From Candidatus Daviesbacteria bacterium (GTDB taxonomy: Bacteria > Patescibacteriota > Microgenomatia > Daviesbacterales > UBA10151), in NCBI GenBank assembly GCA_030648645.1, contig JAUSHL010000038.1:3657-67656 (forward strand): DNA of 64,000 bases, read 5' to 3'. Positions 26,832 through 36,596 of the stretch are shown one piece after another (the first letter of the stretch is position 1; every line of letters begins with the position of its first letter). The notes under the pieces are model-generated. The model was not told the origin of the DNA. It did not search any database and saw only the letters and a list, made by a program, of their open reading frames with translations. The position numbers were made by a program, and so were the translations under genes.

Positions 26832-27434
26832 ATGATCAGGTAAAGGTGGAATTTGAAAATATTTAAAAATCTTTTCCGGCAAAAGGGAAGTTTTAAACTC
26901 AGCGACTACAGGTTGATCTGTTAATTTATCAATAAATTTGTTTTCATTCTTTTTAACAACTGCCCGAAAGTGGGGCAATGAAGGTTTGGGCAGAGAAAGT
27001 TGTTGTTTAGGAAAATGATGAGGACAAAGGGTAAGAATATAGTGCAATTCTTCCTCTACGGTATGTTCCTGGTAACCTCCCGGATAAAAAAATCTGTTAA
27101 AAAAATAAACAAAACGGAGGCGATTGATAGGGAAAAGACCTAATTTTTCTAGCTTTGTAGCCTTATCTATTTTGTTGTGACTAATTGTATTGAACCCTAT
27201 TGAAATAAGTTCTGTGGAACAAACACCCAGGCCTTGGGCTTTTGCTGACTGATAAGCTTCTCTGTGCCTTAAAAAATTGAGATATTTATATTGTTCTTCT
27301 AATTCCAGATTTGCATTGCTGATTCTTGAGCGAAAGGTATCAAATTTTTTCTGCAGTTGGAGGTAAGCATCTCTGGCAGTATTGAATTCTTCCAAACCCT
27401 GTTCATAATTTTTTGGTAATAATTTTTCTGGCAT
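26820..27434 (-). CDS. hypothetical protein
   Basis: ORF track only. Confidence 0.3.
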   Translation of the reverse strand: MPEKLLPKNYEQGLEEFNTARDAYLQLQKKFDTFRSRISNANLELEEQYKYLNFLRHREAYQSAKAQGLGVCSTELISIGFNTISHNKIDKATKLEKLGLFPINRLRFVYFFNRFFYPGGYQEHTVEEELHYILTLCPHHFPKQQLSLPKPSLPHFRAVVKKNENKFIDKLTDQPVVAEFKTSLLPEKIFKYFQIPPLPDHSMR

Positions 27435-27537
27435 ATTTTTTGTTAATTACATTATAAAAATGATGGGGAATATTTTCCAGCCAAGAGAATTTGAGTCAAA
27501 ATTATTTGACCTTTGATGTATAATTCAGTCACAACCT

Positions 27538-28203
27538 ATGCACCCTATTCAAAAACACATCCTGCATGAATTAATTTTTCACTCCTTTCTCCCTTATTCT
27601 CGGTTGAAACCACAAGGTATTGAAAGCAATTTGTTTATCTATCATTTAAAACAGCTAATTTCGGAAGGTTTAATCCAAAAAAGAGCTGATGGTAAATATG
27701 AGTTAAGTCCGGAGGGGCAAAGTTTTATTGAACACTTAAGTCTAAAAAACCTAAAACCAATAATTCAACCTAAAATTGTGACTTTAATTGTTTGTCAAAA
27801 TAAAAATGGAGAATTTTTGCTCTACAAAAGAAATCACCAGCCATTTTTAGGCCTCGTTGGTTTTCCTTATGGGAAGATACATTTGGGAGAGACGATTGCG
27901 GAGGCTGCAGAGAGGGAGTTAAAAGAAAAAACTGACTTGTCTGCAGAGCTACAACATCGGGGGGATGTTTATCTGACAACGTTTCGGGATAAAAATTTAC
28001 TCACCCAGACATTTTGTCATATTTTTACAGCAAACAATGTCAAAGGGGAACTTCTGGCAAAATCAGAAATTGGGGAATGCTTCTGGTCAAAAATAGATTT
28101 TTCTGAAGAAAAATTGATACCGGGGTTTAAAGATGTATTAAATTTGGTTAAAAAATCTAAAAATAATCTCTTTTTCGCTGAGTTTATTTATCATCTAAAA
28201 TAA
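27538..28203 (+). CDS. NUDIX hydrolase with N-terminal winged-helix-like domain
   Basis: Nudix box GKIHLGETIAEAAERELKEKTDL. Confidence 0.7.
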   Translation: MHPIQKHILHELIFHSFLPYSRLKPQGIESNLFIYHLKQLISEGLIQKRADGKYELSPEGQSFIEHLSLKNLKPIIQPKIVTLIVCQNKNGEFLLYKRNHQPFLGLVGFPYGKIHLGETIAEAAERELKEKTDLSAELQHRGDVYLTTFRDKNLLTQTFCHIFTANNVKGELLAKSEIGECFWSKIDFSEEKLIPGFKDVLNLVKKSKNNLFFAEFIYHLK

Positions 28204-28243
28204 AACGAAAAAATAGAAACTAATTAGTTCTTCTCATAGAGTT

Positions 28244-28322
28244 TGTCATTCCGAGTGCATCCGAGGAATCTTCCGTCTTAAGCGGGAAGATTGCCACGCT
28301 CACTATGTTCGCTCGCAATGAC
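28244..28322. mobile_element. MITE-like element (tgtcattccgag...ctcgcaatgac)
   Basis: Termini match the MITE family. Confidence 0.55.
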
Positions 28323-28360
28323 ATTAATGGGAAATACTAAATAGTTGCCAAAATAGGTAT

Positions 28361-28389
28361 TTGACATATTGTCATATGTATGCTATAAT
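28361..28389 (+). promoter_or_regulatory. vapBC promoter TTGACA-17-TATAAT with embedded palindrome tgacatattgtcatatg (probable antitoxin operator)
   Basis: ttgacatattgtcatatgtatgctataat. Confidence 0.55.
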
Positions 28390-28395
28390 ACTTGT

Positions 28396-28626
28396 ATGTT
28401 GATGAGAACTACCTTAAGAATAGAAGAAAACCTAAAAAGAATTGCTGAGCTTAAAGCTTTGGAAGAAGATACTACCCTGCAGGCAATTTTTAACCTGGCT
28501 TTGGAAGATTATTTGGAAAAAGATGCCCGTCAGAACGCCAAAAAGATTATTTTTAAAACACATCATTTAGGAGTTCCTTTAGATAACTTAACTAGGGACG
28601 ATTTTTATCCTGATCCGAAGATTTAA
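28396..28626 (+). CDS. vapB: VapB-family antitoxin (start uncertain: ATG 28396 or 28402; ORF track begins 28369, which would overlap the promoter)
   Basis: Small acidic protein directly preceding PIN gene; stop 2 nt before vapC ATG. Confidence 0.5.
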   Translation: MLMRTTLRIEENLKRIAELKALEEDTTLQAIFNLALEDYLEKDARQNAKKIIFKTHHLGVPLDNLTRDDFYPDPKI

Positions 28627-28627
28627 C

Positions 28628-29038
28628 ATGATTATTGATAGTAATATTTTAATCTATGCAATTAACTCCGACTCTCCCAAAAACAAAAAAGCTCAGGAAT
28701 TTTTAAGAGAGAATTTAAAAAATTTAGAAGTTACTCATCAAAATATATTAGAAACTCTAAGAGTTTTAACCCATCCGAAATTTTCCAAAAAAATGAAATC
28801 ACAAGATGCTCTAGAATCAATTACAGGTATAATAAGAGTTGCCAGAATTATCCAGCCCAGATATGAAACCTATTATGTATTTTTGGAGTTACTAAAAAAA
28901 CACCAGTTTGGGGGAGATAAAATTTTTGATATATATCTTATAGCTACAGCTTTAAGTAATAATATTGAGACAATAGCTACAGATAATACAAAAGATTTTA
29001 TAAAATTCAAGGAGATCAAGACAATAAATCCTTTTTAG
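28628..29038 (+). CDS. vapC: PIN-domain ribonuclease toxin VapC
   Basis: MIIDSNILIYAIN... conserved acidic residues of PIN fold. Confidence 0.75.
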   Translation: MIIDSNILIYAINSDSPKNKKAQEFLRENLKNLEVTHQNILETLRVLTHPKFSKKMKSQDALESITGIIRVARIIQPRYETYYVFLELLKKHQFGGDKIFDIYLIATALSNNIETIATDNTKDFIKFKEIKTINPF

Positions 29039-29108
29039 CTTTGGAGAGTCTTTTTTTGCTGAATTTACGTACCATTTAAAATAAAACATTGCATGGTATA
29101 ATACTACT

Positions 29109-29321
29109 ATGCAAGCTACTGACTGGACAAAAATTTATAAGAATTTCCAAGGTCTTTGGGTGGCTTTAAAAGATGATGAACAAACTGTGATTGCTTCAGG
29201 TAAAAGCTTAAAGGAAACCTCAGAAAAAGCTCTAAAAAAGGGTTTTAGTGATCCTATCTTTATGCAAGTACCTCAAAAGTCAGCTTATTTTATAGGAAGC
29301 ACACATAAAAGTGATATTTAA
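29109..29321 (+). CDS. small protein (DUF5678-like?) preceding retropepsin-like protease
   Basis: ORF track; overlaps next gene by 11 nt. Confidence 0.3.
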   Translation: MQATDWTKIYKNFQGLWVALKDDEQTVIASGKSLKETSEKALKKGFSDPIFMQVPQKSAYFIGSTHKSDI

Positions 29322-29730
29322 ATATCGAAAAATTAATTTATCATCTCCATTTGCTCGTAACAAATATCTTTTAAGACCAATAATTCCGGTAAGTTTAAAT
29401 TATAAAAATCATGCGATTCATTATGAAGCTTTGATTGATTCCGGCGCAGATTTTAGTATTTTTCCCATAGAAATTGCCCAGAAACTGGGTGTTAATTTAA
29501 AGAAGAAAGATGGTATTTGTTTTTCTGGCTTGGGAGAAGAATTTATAGAGGGATTTAAAAGTAAAATTATTTTAAGAATAGATAAATTGGAGTTTAAAAC
29601 CAATGTGGTCTTTGCAGATTTAAGTGGCAAAAGTGGCATTTTAGGACAGAATGGATTTTTTGATTTATATAAGGTTAAATTTAGTTTACTACAAAAAGAA
29701 ATAGAAATAACTCCTTACAAAATTAATTAA
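29311..29730 (+). CDS. retropepsin-like (clan AA) aspartic peptidase
   Basis: ALIDSGADFSIFP contains the D-S/T-G-A catalytic signature; 139 aa single-lobe size. Confidence 0.55.
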   Translation: MIFKYRKINLSSPFARNKYLLRPIIPVSLNYKNHAIHYEALIDSGADFSIFPIEIAQKLGVNLKKKDGICFSGLGEEFIEGFKSKIILRIDKLEFKTNVVFADLSGKSGILGQNGFFDLYKVKFSLLQKEIEITPYKIN

Positions 29731-30313
29731 GGGGTATTTCGGCAATAGTGTTGTGTTTATGAAATCCTTCTTCCGGAATTGATTCAAAAAGTTTAACAGA
29801 GGTAATATTGATTGATTCAAAATCTTCTTTTACTGCCATTTCCTGTAATTTTTTTTCCTGTTCTTCTGATAAAAAATAATTACTGACTTTACCAATCGCA
29901 ATGTGAGGAACATACCTCCTTTCATCAGTATTCAAACCCAATTTAGCAATTCCATCTTTAATTCGTTCACGTAGAACAAACAATTTATCAATATCACCCT
30001 TAACTCCCACCCAGAAAGTGTCAGGATTGTGCAGATTAGGAAAAGCATCAATATAAGCAGGAATGATGGAAAAAGGGGAAATTCCAGATACAGCTTCTTT
30101 GATAATACTGGTAAAATCATCAATCATTTTTTCAGATTGCTCACCAATAAAAGCAATAGTCAGGTGCAGTTTTTCATTATTGGTCAGACGGACTTCAGGC
30201 ACAATCTGTTGCAGATCTTTTTGCACAGCTTTTAAAGACTCTCTGCAGCTATCGGGAATTTCTAAAGCAATGAAAAATCTCATATTATTGTTTAGACGAT
30301 TTTTCCAGTGCAA
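29723..30313 (-). CDS. thpR: RNA 2',3'-cyclic phosphodiesterase / 2'-5' RNA ligase (2H phosphoesterase, LigT/ThpR)
   Basis: Two H-x-T/S-x motifs: HLTIAF and HIAIGK. Confidence 0.7.
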   Translation of the reverse strand: MHWKNRLNNNMRFFIALEIPDSCRESLKAVQKDLQQIVPEVRLTNNEKLHLTIAFIGEQSEKMIDDFTSIIKEAVSGISPFSIIPAYIDAFPNLHNPDTFWVGVKGDIDKLFVLRERIKDGIAKLGLNTDERRYVPHIAIGKVSNYFLSEEQEKKLQEMAVKEDFESINITSVKLFESIPEEGFHKHNTIAEIPLN

Positions 30314-30515
30314 GCACTGTAAAGAATCTCATATGATTGTAATTTTAAAGGTAAGATCCTTTGCGACGCAAGGCGTCTTGAAAAATCTCATATTAGTTTA
30401 TAGTATATGGTTTATGGTTTATTGTAAAATAGAGAAAATAACTTATTGTATTTTTTCTCTTTGTAATTGGATTGCTAGGTTTTGTTATTTCATTGAGTTT
30501 ATTGGAGTTTATAAT

Positions 30516-30788
30516 CTACTTAAACTGTACTGAAAGAGAAGTATCTAGGGCATTTGCCAATCTTTTTAGAAGAGATAAAGAAGGAGTACTTTGGCCACTT
30601 TCTACTCGGGAAATAACAGATTGCTTAGTTTTGAGTTTTTTGGCAAGTTGTGTTTGTGTTAGCTGTTTTTTTACTCTTGCAAGAATTAAAGCCTTGGCAA
30701 TATCATATTCAAGCCTAGTTTCTTTCCAAGCTTTTCTAACCTCAGGGTCTTTCATTAATATTTTTCTGTGTTTTTCCCAAGTCATCAT
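30516..30788 (-). CDS. XRE-family HTH antitoxin (HigA-like)
   Basis: HTH LTQTQLAKKLKTKQSVISRVESG; directly downstream of toxin gene. Confidence 0.65.
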   Translation of the reverse strand: MMTWEKHRKILMKDPEVRKAWKETRLEYDIAKALILARVKKQLTQTQLAKKLKTKQSVISRVESGQSTPSLSLLKRLANALDTSLSVQFK

Positions 30789-30821
30789 AATATAAACATT
30801 ATATCATAATATTGTGATATT

Positions 30822-31187
30822 TCAAGAATTAGTTTCTAGATGTGATTTATAATCATTCAGTCTATTAATGGCAGTTTTTATCTCTCTTGTATCAGTTTTT
30901 TGCTTCTTTTTTTGGAAAGCATGGAGCAATAAAAATTGTCGATTCACTACTGCTACATAAAAGATTCTAATATTGTCACTCCCAAGAATACGAAGTTCCC
31001 ATAAGGGTGTGCCTATTAATTTCTTTGAGTGGGGAGAACCAATTAAGGTACCAAGTTGTTTTAACAAATCCATAACACCTATGACTTTGGATTTAATTTT
31101 AGGATCAAGATTTTGGATAAATTCAAAAGCAGGGGAGCTACCTTGAGAAGTTTCGTAATAGATAATTTTCCATTTCTGATCCATCAA
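30822..31187 (-). CDS. RelE/ParE-superfamily toxin, HigB/phage Gp49-like, upstream of its antitoxin
   Basis: Size, position (toxin-first arrangement), weak similarity to HigB-like proteins. Confidence 0.5.
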   Translation of the reverse strand: MMDQKWKIIYYETSQGSSPAFEFIQNLDPKIKSKVIGVMDLLKQLGTLIGSPHSKKLIGTPLWELRILGSDNIRIFYVAVVNRQFLLLHAFQKKKQKTDTREIKTAINRLNDYKSHLETNS

Positions 31188-31208
31188 TTTAGTCTAGCAT
31201 AACAAGGA

Positions 31209-32972
31209 TTACTGAGTTCCCACTAAGTATATTGCCTGCCAGGGTTTATATGCAGATTTCCAGGTTTCATTGAGTAAAATTTCACCATTTCTGATGACAG
31301 TCCTTTTGAAAGAAACATTGGCTCCCCAAGCTGACCAGTCAACTTGTTTAACAGTGCCTCTTGGTAATGTTGGATCATCTTGTCGGAGTTCTGCAGGGGG
31401 TGGAGTTTGATCAGAAATAATTGGTTTGGTTAAAGTGGTTATTCTTCCATCTGAAGCTCCATATAAATCAATCGTTAAACTTGTGCCATATACATGAGCC
31501 TGAATTAAAACATAAGATCCGGTGTCGTTTTTAAATTGAAAATCAACACTTGGGGAAAAAACAGTTGCATCCAATCCTGCAGGATACCCCTGTTCATAAT
31601 AACCAACTCTGTAGGCATGAGCCGTCCTTTTTGTTACAGGTAATCCGGAATTTAGTACAGCTCTAAATAAAGTTGTGGAAACCTGACAAACTCCGCCACC
31701 ATCATCCAAGACAGTTCTGCCTTCTTTAATTACATAAGCCTGTTTGTAACCGGAATGGGCAGAAATATCCCCCACAGTTTTATTAAAAGAAAAAGTTGCT
31801 CCCGGATCAATTAATGATCCGTTAATTCTGGATGATGCCAGTCCAATATTATAAATCCTATTTTCAATTGATCCTGAAAAATTTGATTGACCCCGACCTA
31901 ATAAATCAGTAATGCCAAAATTATTAGTTTGGGCTGTTGAGATATTTGGTTCAGTAATTTTAACCGGTAAAGTAATATTGGAGTTGGAATTTGAGACTAG
32001 TGCTTGTTCAATTAAATATTTTGTCTGGACTACATCCAATTCTCTTCCCTGTTCAGCCGGTTTAAATTCCGATACTCTTTTACTTGCCGGATCAAAAGTA
32101 AATTTAGCATTTTGGACCGGTTGATTAATTGCCAAAGACAAATCCTCCAAATATGCATCCAGTTTTTTTTGATCGATAATATTATTATCAAAAGTTATAT
32201 TTTGTCCGACTATATTTGAATTTAAAGAAGTGGAAGAATTTTCTTTAAAATCCAAAAGAGAAAGTAGTGTTATCTGATCAATAATTAAAGTTTGTTTTTG
32301 GTAAGTTAATTTGATGGAATTTTCTTTAATTTTTTCCAAAATAGTTTTGTAATATTGAGCATTTTCTGTACTGAATTTTGGTTTTAAAATCTTGATTGGT
32401 AAATCATTAGGTTTTATTCCTTGCAGATTTAAATAATCCTTAATTTGGGAAAGTAGTTTTTGATCATCTAATTCTTTGCCATCTAAAGATGGAGTAATAA
32501 TTACTTCCTGATTGGCAATGGTAATTTTAGCAGATACAGGTTTAACTTTTACAGATTGATTAATCAAAGAAATTTGGGAAATTAAAGATGAGGGGCGGTC
32601 AAATTTTAAAGTGGTAATAAAGTTTTGACCAAAAATTGCAGTTTGAATTTGCTGTTTGGAAAAAATTTGATTTAGAGTTTGATCAATATTTAAAGACGGA
32701 GATGAAGAAGATAAATCAATGACGATTTCATTATCATTTATTGTAAATTGCAAACTATCGTTTGATCTTTTCTTGAATTCCTCGTTTAATAGTGTTTTTG
32801 CCTGTATCTTTGTTTTTCCTTGCAGGGAAATGTTATTGACTTTAATTCCCGGGTAAAATTTATTGCCAAAATAGAAAGTAAAAGCAAGATATGAATAACA
32901 AACTAAGATGGCAATTATTAAAATTACCAGTAGACTAATTCTTAATATTTTGTGTTTGTTTTTTGTTTTCAT
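31209..32972 (-). CDS. VanW-domain protein with N-terminal TM anchor
   Basis: GGGVCQVSTTLFRAVLNSGLPVTKRTAHAY matches the VanW domain signature region. Confidence 0.6.
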   Translation of the reverse strand: MKTKNKHKILRISLLVILIIAILVCYSYLAFTFYFGNKFYPGIKVNNISLQGKTKIQAKTLLNEEFKKRSNDSLQFTINDNEIVIDLSSSSPSLNIDQTLNQIFSKQQIQTAIFGQNFITTLKFDRPSSLISQISLINQSVKVKPVSAKITIANQEVIITPSLDGKELDDQKLLSQIKDYLNLQGIKPNDLPIKILKPKFSTENAQYYKTILEKIKENSIKLTYQKQTLIIDQITLLSLLDFKENSSTSLNSNIVGQNITFDNNIIDQKKLDAYLEDLSLAINQPVQNAKFTFDPASKRVSEFKPAEQGRELDVVQTKYLIEQALVSNSNSNITLPVKITEPNISTAQTNNFGITDLLGRGQSNFSGSIENRIYNIGLASSRINGSLIDPGATFSFNKTVGDISAHSGYKQAYVIKEGRTVLDDGGGVCQVSTTLFRAVLNSGLPVTKRTAHAYRVGYYEQGYPAGLDATVFSPSVDFQFKNDTGSYVLIQAHVYGTSLTIDLYGASDGRITTLTKPIISDQTPPPAELRQDDPTLPRGTVKQVDWSAWGANVSFKRTVIRNGEILLNETWKSAYKPWQAIYLVGTQ

Positions 32973-33142
32973 GACTTTTGCATTGTACCTGTTTAAAAAA
33001 ACTCTGGCAATGATATAACGGACTTGTGTAAAATAATATTGTTCGATACGCCATTGGCGGAGAGAACTAACTTCTCACTTCGCTATGCTTGTTCGAAGAA
33101 TAGATACATAAGCTCTAATATAATCAGTGGTATAATTTATCC

Positions 33143-34423
33143 ATGAAAAAATGGGTGGTACTTGTAATTATTTTAGCAACTACTTTGGGAATTATTTTTT
33201 GGAAATATTATCCGGCGATTTCCAATATGGGTCAGGAAAAAATTAAACAGGTAACTTTAACTTATTGGGGGCTTTCTGAGGATGAACAGATAATGAGACC
33301 GTTAATTTCTGCCTTTGAATCACAGCATCCCAATATTAAAATTAATTTTGAAAAACAATCTCCTTTAAATTATCAAACCAGAGCTCAAACTCAAATTAAA
33401 GCCAGTCCGGCAACTGCCGGGAGTCCGGATATTATTACTATTCACGAAAGCTGGTTACCTGCGTTTTTTCCTGATTTGAAACCGGCTCCAGATTCTTCAA
33501 TATCCTTAGCAGATTTTTCCCAGACATTTTATCCTGTAGCCCGCGATTCTTTAGTAGTTAATAATAAAATTTATGCTATGCCTTTGGAGGTAGACGGTTT
33601 GGCTCTTTTTTATAATGATGATATTTTAAAAGCAGCAGGAGTTAAGGTGCCCAAAAGTTGGCAGGATTTTATCAATGTTTCCCGCACTTTAACGGTAAAA
33701 AATCAGGATGGACAAATTCAAACAGCCGGTGCATCAGTGGGTACTACCACTAATGTTGATTTTTGGCCGGAAATTATTGCTTTGCTTTTTTTGCAACAAC
33801 CGGGAGGGGATTTAAGGTCGCCGGCAAATAATGCCGGAATAGAAATAGTAAAATTTTATACCGGATTTGTAACTGATCCGCAAAATAAAACCTGGGATGT
33901 TAATTTACCAAATTCCACAAAAATGTTTGCTGATGGAAAATTAGCTTTTTATTTTGCTCCATCTTCGCAAATTTCAGTAATTAAAGAATTAAATCCTAAT
34001 TTAAATTTTAAAGTGGCAACTGTTCCACAACTGCCCGGAAAAATTGTTGATCTAGGATCTTTTTGGGTAAAAGCAGTTTCAGTAAACTCTCCTAATCAAA
34101 CTGAGGCTTGGGAATTTTTGAATTTTTTGGCAGGAGCTGAGGTAATGCAGAGTGTAAATATCAATAAACCCTATTCCCGAGTTGATTTGGCAGGATTACA
34201 AATTAATGATCCTTACTTAGGAGCTTATGTGGCAGAAGGGCCTTACTATAAAGCTTGGTTTTTAAATTCTAATACCGGTGATTTAGGGATCAATGAGGAA
34301 ATGATAAAAAGTTATAAAGAGGGGGTTGATGGAATACTTGCAGGCAGAGATCCAATGCAGATGTTACAAATTACTCAAACAGGAGTCGGGCAGGCTTTGG
34401 GAAAATATGGGGTAGGGAAATAA
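33143..34423 (+). CDS. ABC transporter extracellular solute-binding protein (family 1, sugar type)
   Basis: N-terminal signal/anchor; SBP-like length and W/Y-rich composition; weak. Confidence 0.5.
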   Translation: MKKWVVLVIILATTLGIIFWKYYPAISNMGQEKIKQVTLTYWGLSEDEQIMRPLISAFESQHPNIKINFEKQSPLNYQTRAQTQIKASPATAGSPDIITIHESWLPAFFPDLKPAPDSSISLADFSQTFYPVARDSLVVNNKIYAMPLEVDGLALFYNDDILKAAGVKVPKSWQDFINVSRTLTVKNQDGQIQTAGASVGTTTNVDFWPEIIALLFLQQPGGDLRSPANNAGIEIVKFYTGFVTDPQNKTWDVNLPNSTKMFADGKLAFYFAPSSQISVIKELNPNLNFKVATVPQLPGKIVDLGSFWVKAVSVNSPNQTEAWEFLNFLAGAEVMQSVNINKPYSRVDLAGLQINDPYLGAYVAEGPYYKAWFLNSNTGDLGINEEMIKSYKEGVDGILAGRDPMQMLQITQTGVGQALGKYGVGK

Positions 34424-34443
34424 ATCTAAAATTATGGTAAAAT

Positions 34444-34719
34444 ATGAGCATGTTAAAACAAACTACTAAAGTTTTAGAGTATGAATTACCAATTAAAATA
34501 ACTCCTCAGAAAGAAGGAGGGTTTGTAGTAACTTGTCCTGTTTGGTCTACCTGTTATGCTCAGGGAGAAACTGTGGAAGAGGCTGTATTAGAAGCTACTG
34601 CTGTAGCTCAATCACTAATTGAAATTTACAAAGAAGAAGGTTTAAAAATTCCTCTTAAGAAGCAAGAAGAAAAAAGAATGGAAATGTCATTTAATGTTCC
34701 TGTTATTGTGGCTGCATGA
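34444..34719 (+). CDS. hicB: HicB-family antitoxin
   Basis: UPF0150/HicB-like ...GGFVVTCPVWSTCYAQGETVEEAVLEA... Confidence 0.6.
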   Translation: MSMLKQTTKVLEYELPIKITPQKEGGFVVTCPVWSTCYAQGETVEEAVLEATAVAQSLIEIYKEEGLKIPLKKQEEKRMEMSFNVPVIVAA

Positions 34720-34934
34720 TTTACAGACCCTTATCTTACCGGGAGGTAATTAAAAAGGCTCGCAAAGCAGGTTTTGTGTTTCGCCGAAATACTGGTGGTA
34801 CTCATGAGATTTGGTGGAATGAGGAAAAGAAAAAAACTTGTGTTATTCCCCATCATCATGAAATCAAAGCAGGAACATTGAAGAGTATTATTAATCAAAT
34901 GGGCTTAAAATCGGAAGAATTTGAAAAACTTTAA
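34716..34934 (+). CDS. hicA: HicA-family mRNA interferase toxin
   Basis: YREVIKKARKAGFVFRRNTGGTHEIWW; 4-nt overlap with hicB. Confidence 0.6.
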   Translation: MIYRPLSYREVIKKARKAGFVFRRNTGGTHEIWWNEEKKKTCVIPHHHEIKAGTLKSIINQMGLKSEEFEKL

Positions 34935-35135
34935 AATAATTTATGAATTGGGCAAGCGCTTTACAATCAGGACAGAAAATAGTACTGGCGACTTCTTCAA
35001 AGGATAGTAAACCACATGGAAATAAAAGAAGTTTTGATCTTGATAAAAAGGAAAAAGTTTTTTAGTAGATGATAACAAAAAATCAATGGGACAAAACTCA
35101 GCTATAGCTTAATGTTGTCCCACTGAATTTAATAG

Positions 35136-35163
35136 TTGACATATGTAAGATTTTATGTATAAT
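35136..35163 (+). promoter_or_regulatory. sigma70-like promoter TTGACA-16-TATAAT for the phd/relE-like pair
   Basis: ttgacatatgtaagattttatgtataat followed by AGGAG ribosome-binding site and ATG at 35185. Confidence 0.5.
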
Positions 35164-35184
35164 TATATGTAGGAGATTATATAT

Positions 35185-35463
35185 ATGAATATACCTTTAG
35201 GAAATTATGTTTCTGTGTCTGATGTGCAAAGGGATTACCGCAGAGTCTTTGACAAGGCTAAAAAAACTAAACAAACAGTTATGGTTCTTCGCGACAACAA
35301 GCCTGATGTAGGTGTGGTTGACGCAAAAATATTAATGGAAAGAGAAAAAAGATTAGAAGAGTTGGAAATTGAGGATGCCTTAAGAGCAGTTAAAGAAGGA
35401 GAAGAAGAATATCGGACTGGAAAAATTATAAAAGCAAAATCTTTAGCTGATTTACTTAAATGA
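35185..35463 (+). CDS. Phd/YefM-family antitoxin
   Basis: N-terminal Phd/YefM-like sequence; acidic C-terminus; overlaps toxin gene. Confidence 0.55.
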   Translation: MNIPLGNYVSVSDVQRDYRRVFDKAKKTKQTVMVLRDNKPDVGVVDAKILMEREKRLEELEIEDALRAVKEGEEEYRTGKIIKAKSLADLLK

Positions 35464-35723
35464 TCATTAAAATAAATTATGCTAAAAGATTTCTTCGCGC
35501 TTTTAAAAAATTAACTCCGAATAAACAACAACTAGCTATCGAAAGAGAAAAAATTTTTATAAAAGATCCATTTTCTTTAACACTGAAAACTCATAAATTA
35601 TCAGGAGAGCTGAAAGAATACTGGTCTTTTTCTATTACATATCAAGATAGGGTAATGTTTCGTTTTGTAAATGATCATGAGGTGATTTTTTATAGAATTG
35701 GTAGCCATGATATTTATAAATAA
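35460..35723 (+). CDS. RelE/ParE-family toxin
   Basis: C-terminal ...RVMFRFVNDHEVIFYRIGSHDIYK matches RelE/ParE consensus tail. Confidence 0.6.
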   Translation: MIIKINYAKRFLRAFKKLTPNKQQLAIEREKIFIKDPFSLTLKTHKLSGELKEYWSFSITYQDRVMFRFVNDHEVIFYRIGSHDIYK

Positions 35724-35734
35724 AACATATGCAG

Positions 35735-35835
35735 TACCAATTTAGTGGACGACCCGCCGGCTAACGCCTGAGCGCCCGCCCGCTTCGATATGCGAAGCAT
35801 TTCGTGCAGGTAGCGATGGCGGGCAGGTCGCATCA
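35735..35835. other. GC-rich (~65%) nested-hairpin element between convergent genes; candidate structured ncRNA or MITE
   Basis: Outer stem taccaatt/aattggta, inner GC stems (gacgacccgccgg / cggcgggcaggtcgc, gcttcg-atat-gcgaagc). Confidence 0.4.
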
Positions 35836-36558
35836 TGAATTGGTATGGAAAACACGTTTAGTAAATTTTTTAAAAATTCTCAATTGATCAGTGTTTGTTT
35901 GAAGATATAAATTCATTATATTGTCTACTCTCAAAATTATTTCTGCTGTGGCAGGATTTTTATTGGAAATACTATTATTTAACTCATAATATAAAGTTGC
36001 AGTTGGATTATTGGGTTTTATATTTAACATGGTGTATCTGAAATATCCTGTTTTATCTACAGAAATAAAATTATGAATTTTTTCATTTCTTTGTCTGTAA
36101 TCTAAAGGTTTTTTATCAAAACTTATTTCCAGCTTGTTTATATCCGGATCAGAAATATAATAAGTAATTTGTAATATTTCATCATTTATTTTTATTTCGC
36201 GTTGATAGGCAAAAGGGTTTGGTTTTGTTGTTTTTTTATCCTGTAATAATTTATCAATAATTAATTGTCTTAAAGTTTTGATTCTATTGAAGGTTTGCAG
36301 TTTTTCAGCATCTATAATATTTTGTTGTTCTTGGAGAACCGTTTTTTCTTCGAAGGTTTCAAGAAATGTACTTACGGGAACATTGGTATCTAAACACAAC
36401 CATGTTTCAACTTGTTCAATAATTTTTGTATAGGCAGTTATCGGGGTATAGGGTTGACCAATGGAGGTAGAAAATCGTTTACTTTCAACTAAAACTTCCA
36501 GATATTTTAATCTGTCATTAAAAGTTGGTTGACCAGTTGTTTCTTTTTCCTGCAACAT
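35833..36558 (-). CDS. hypothetical protein
   Basis: ORF track only; last codons lie inside the GC-rich element. Confidence 0.3.
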   Translation of the reverse strand: MLQEKETTGQPTFNDRLKYLEVLVESKRFSTSIGQPYTPITAYTKIIEQVETWLCLDTNVPVSTFLETFEEKTVLQEQQNIIDAEKLQTFNRIKTLRQLIIDKLLQDKKTTKPNPFAYQREIKINDEILQITYYISDPDINKLEISFDKKPLDYRQRNEKIHNFISVDKTGYFRYTMLNIKPNNPTATLYYELNNSISNKNPATAEIILRVDNIMNLYLQTNTDQLRIFKKFTKRVFHTNS

Positions 36559-36596
36559 AGACCTATATTATAACCGATAGTATAAGTAAATTCAAA

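Noticed and set aside
30029-30795. Plus-strand ORFs 30029-30235, 30063-30533, 30472-30795
   Set aside because: They overlap the minus-strand thpR and higA-like genes, which have clear family motifs. The plus-strand products are hydrophobic or Cys-rich junk.
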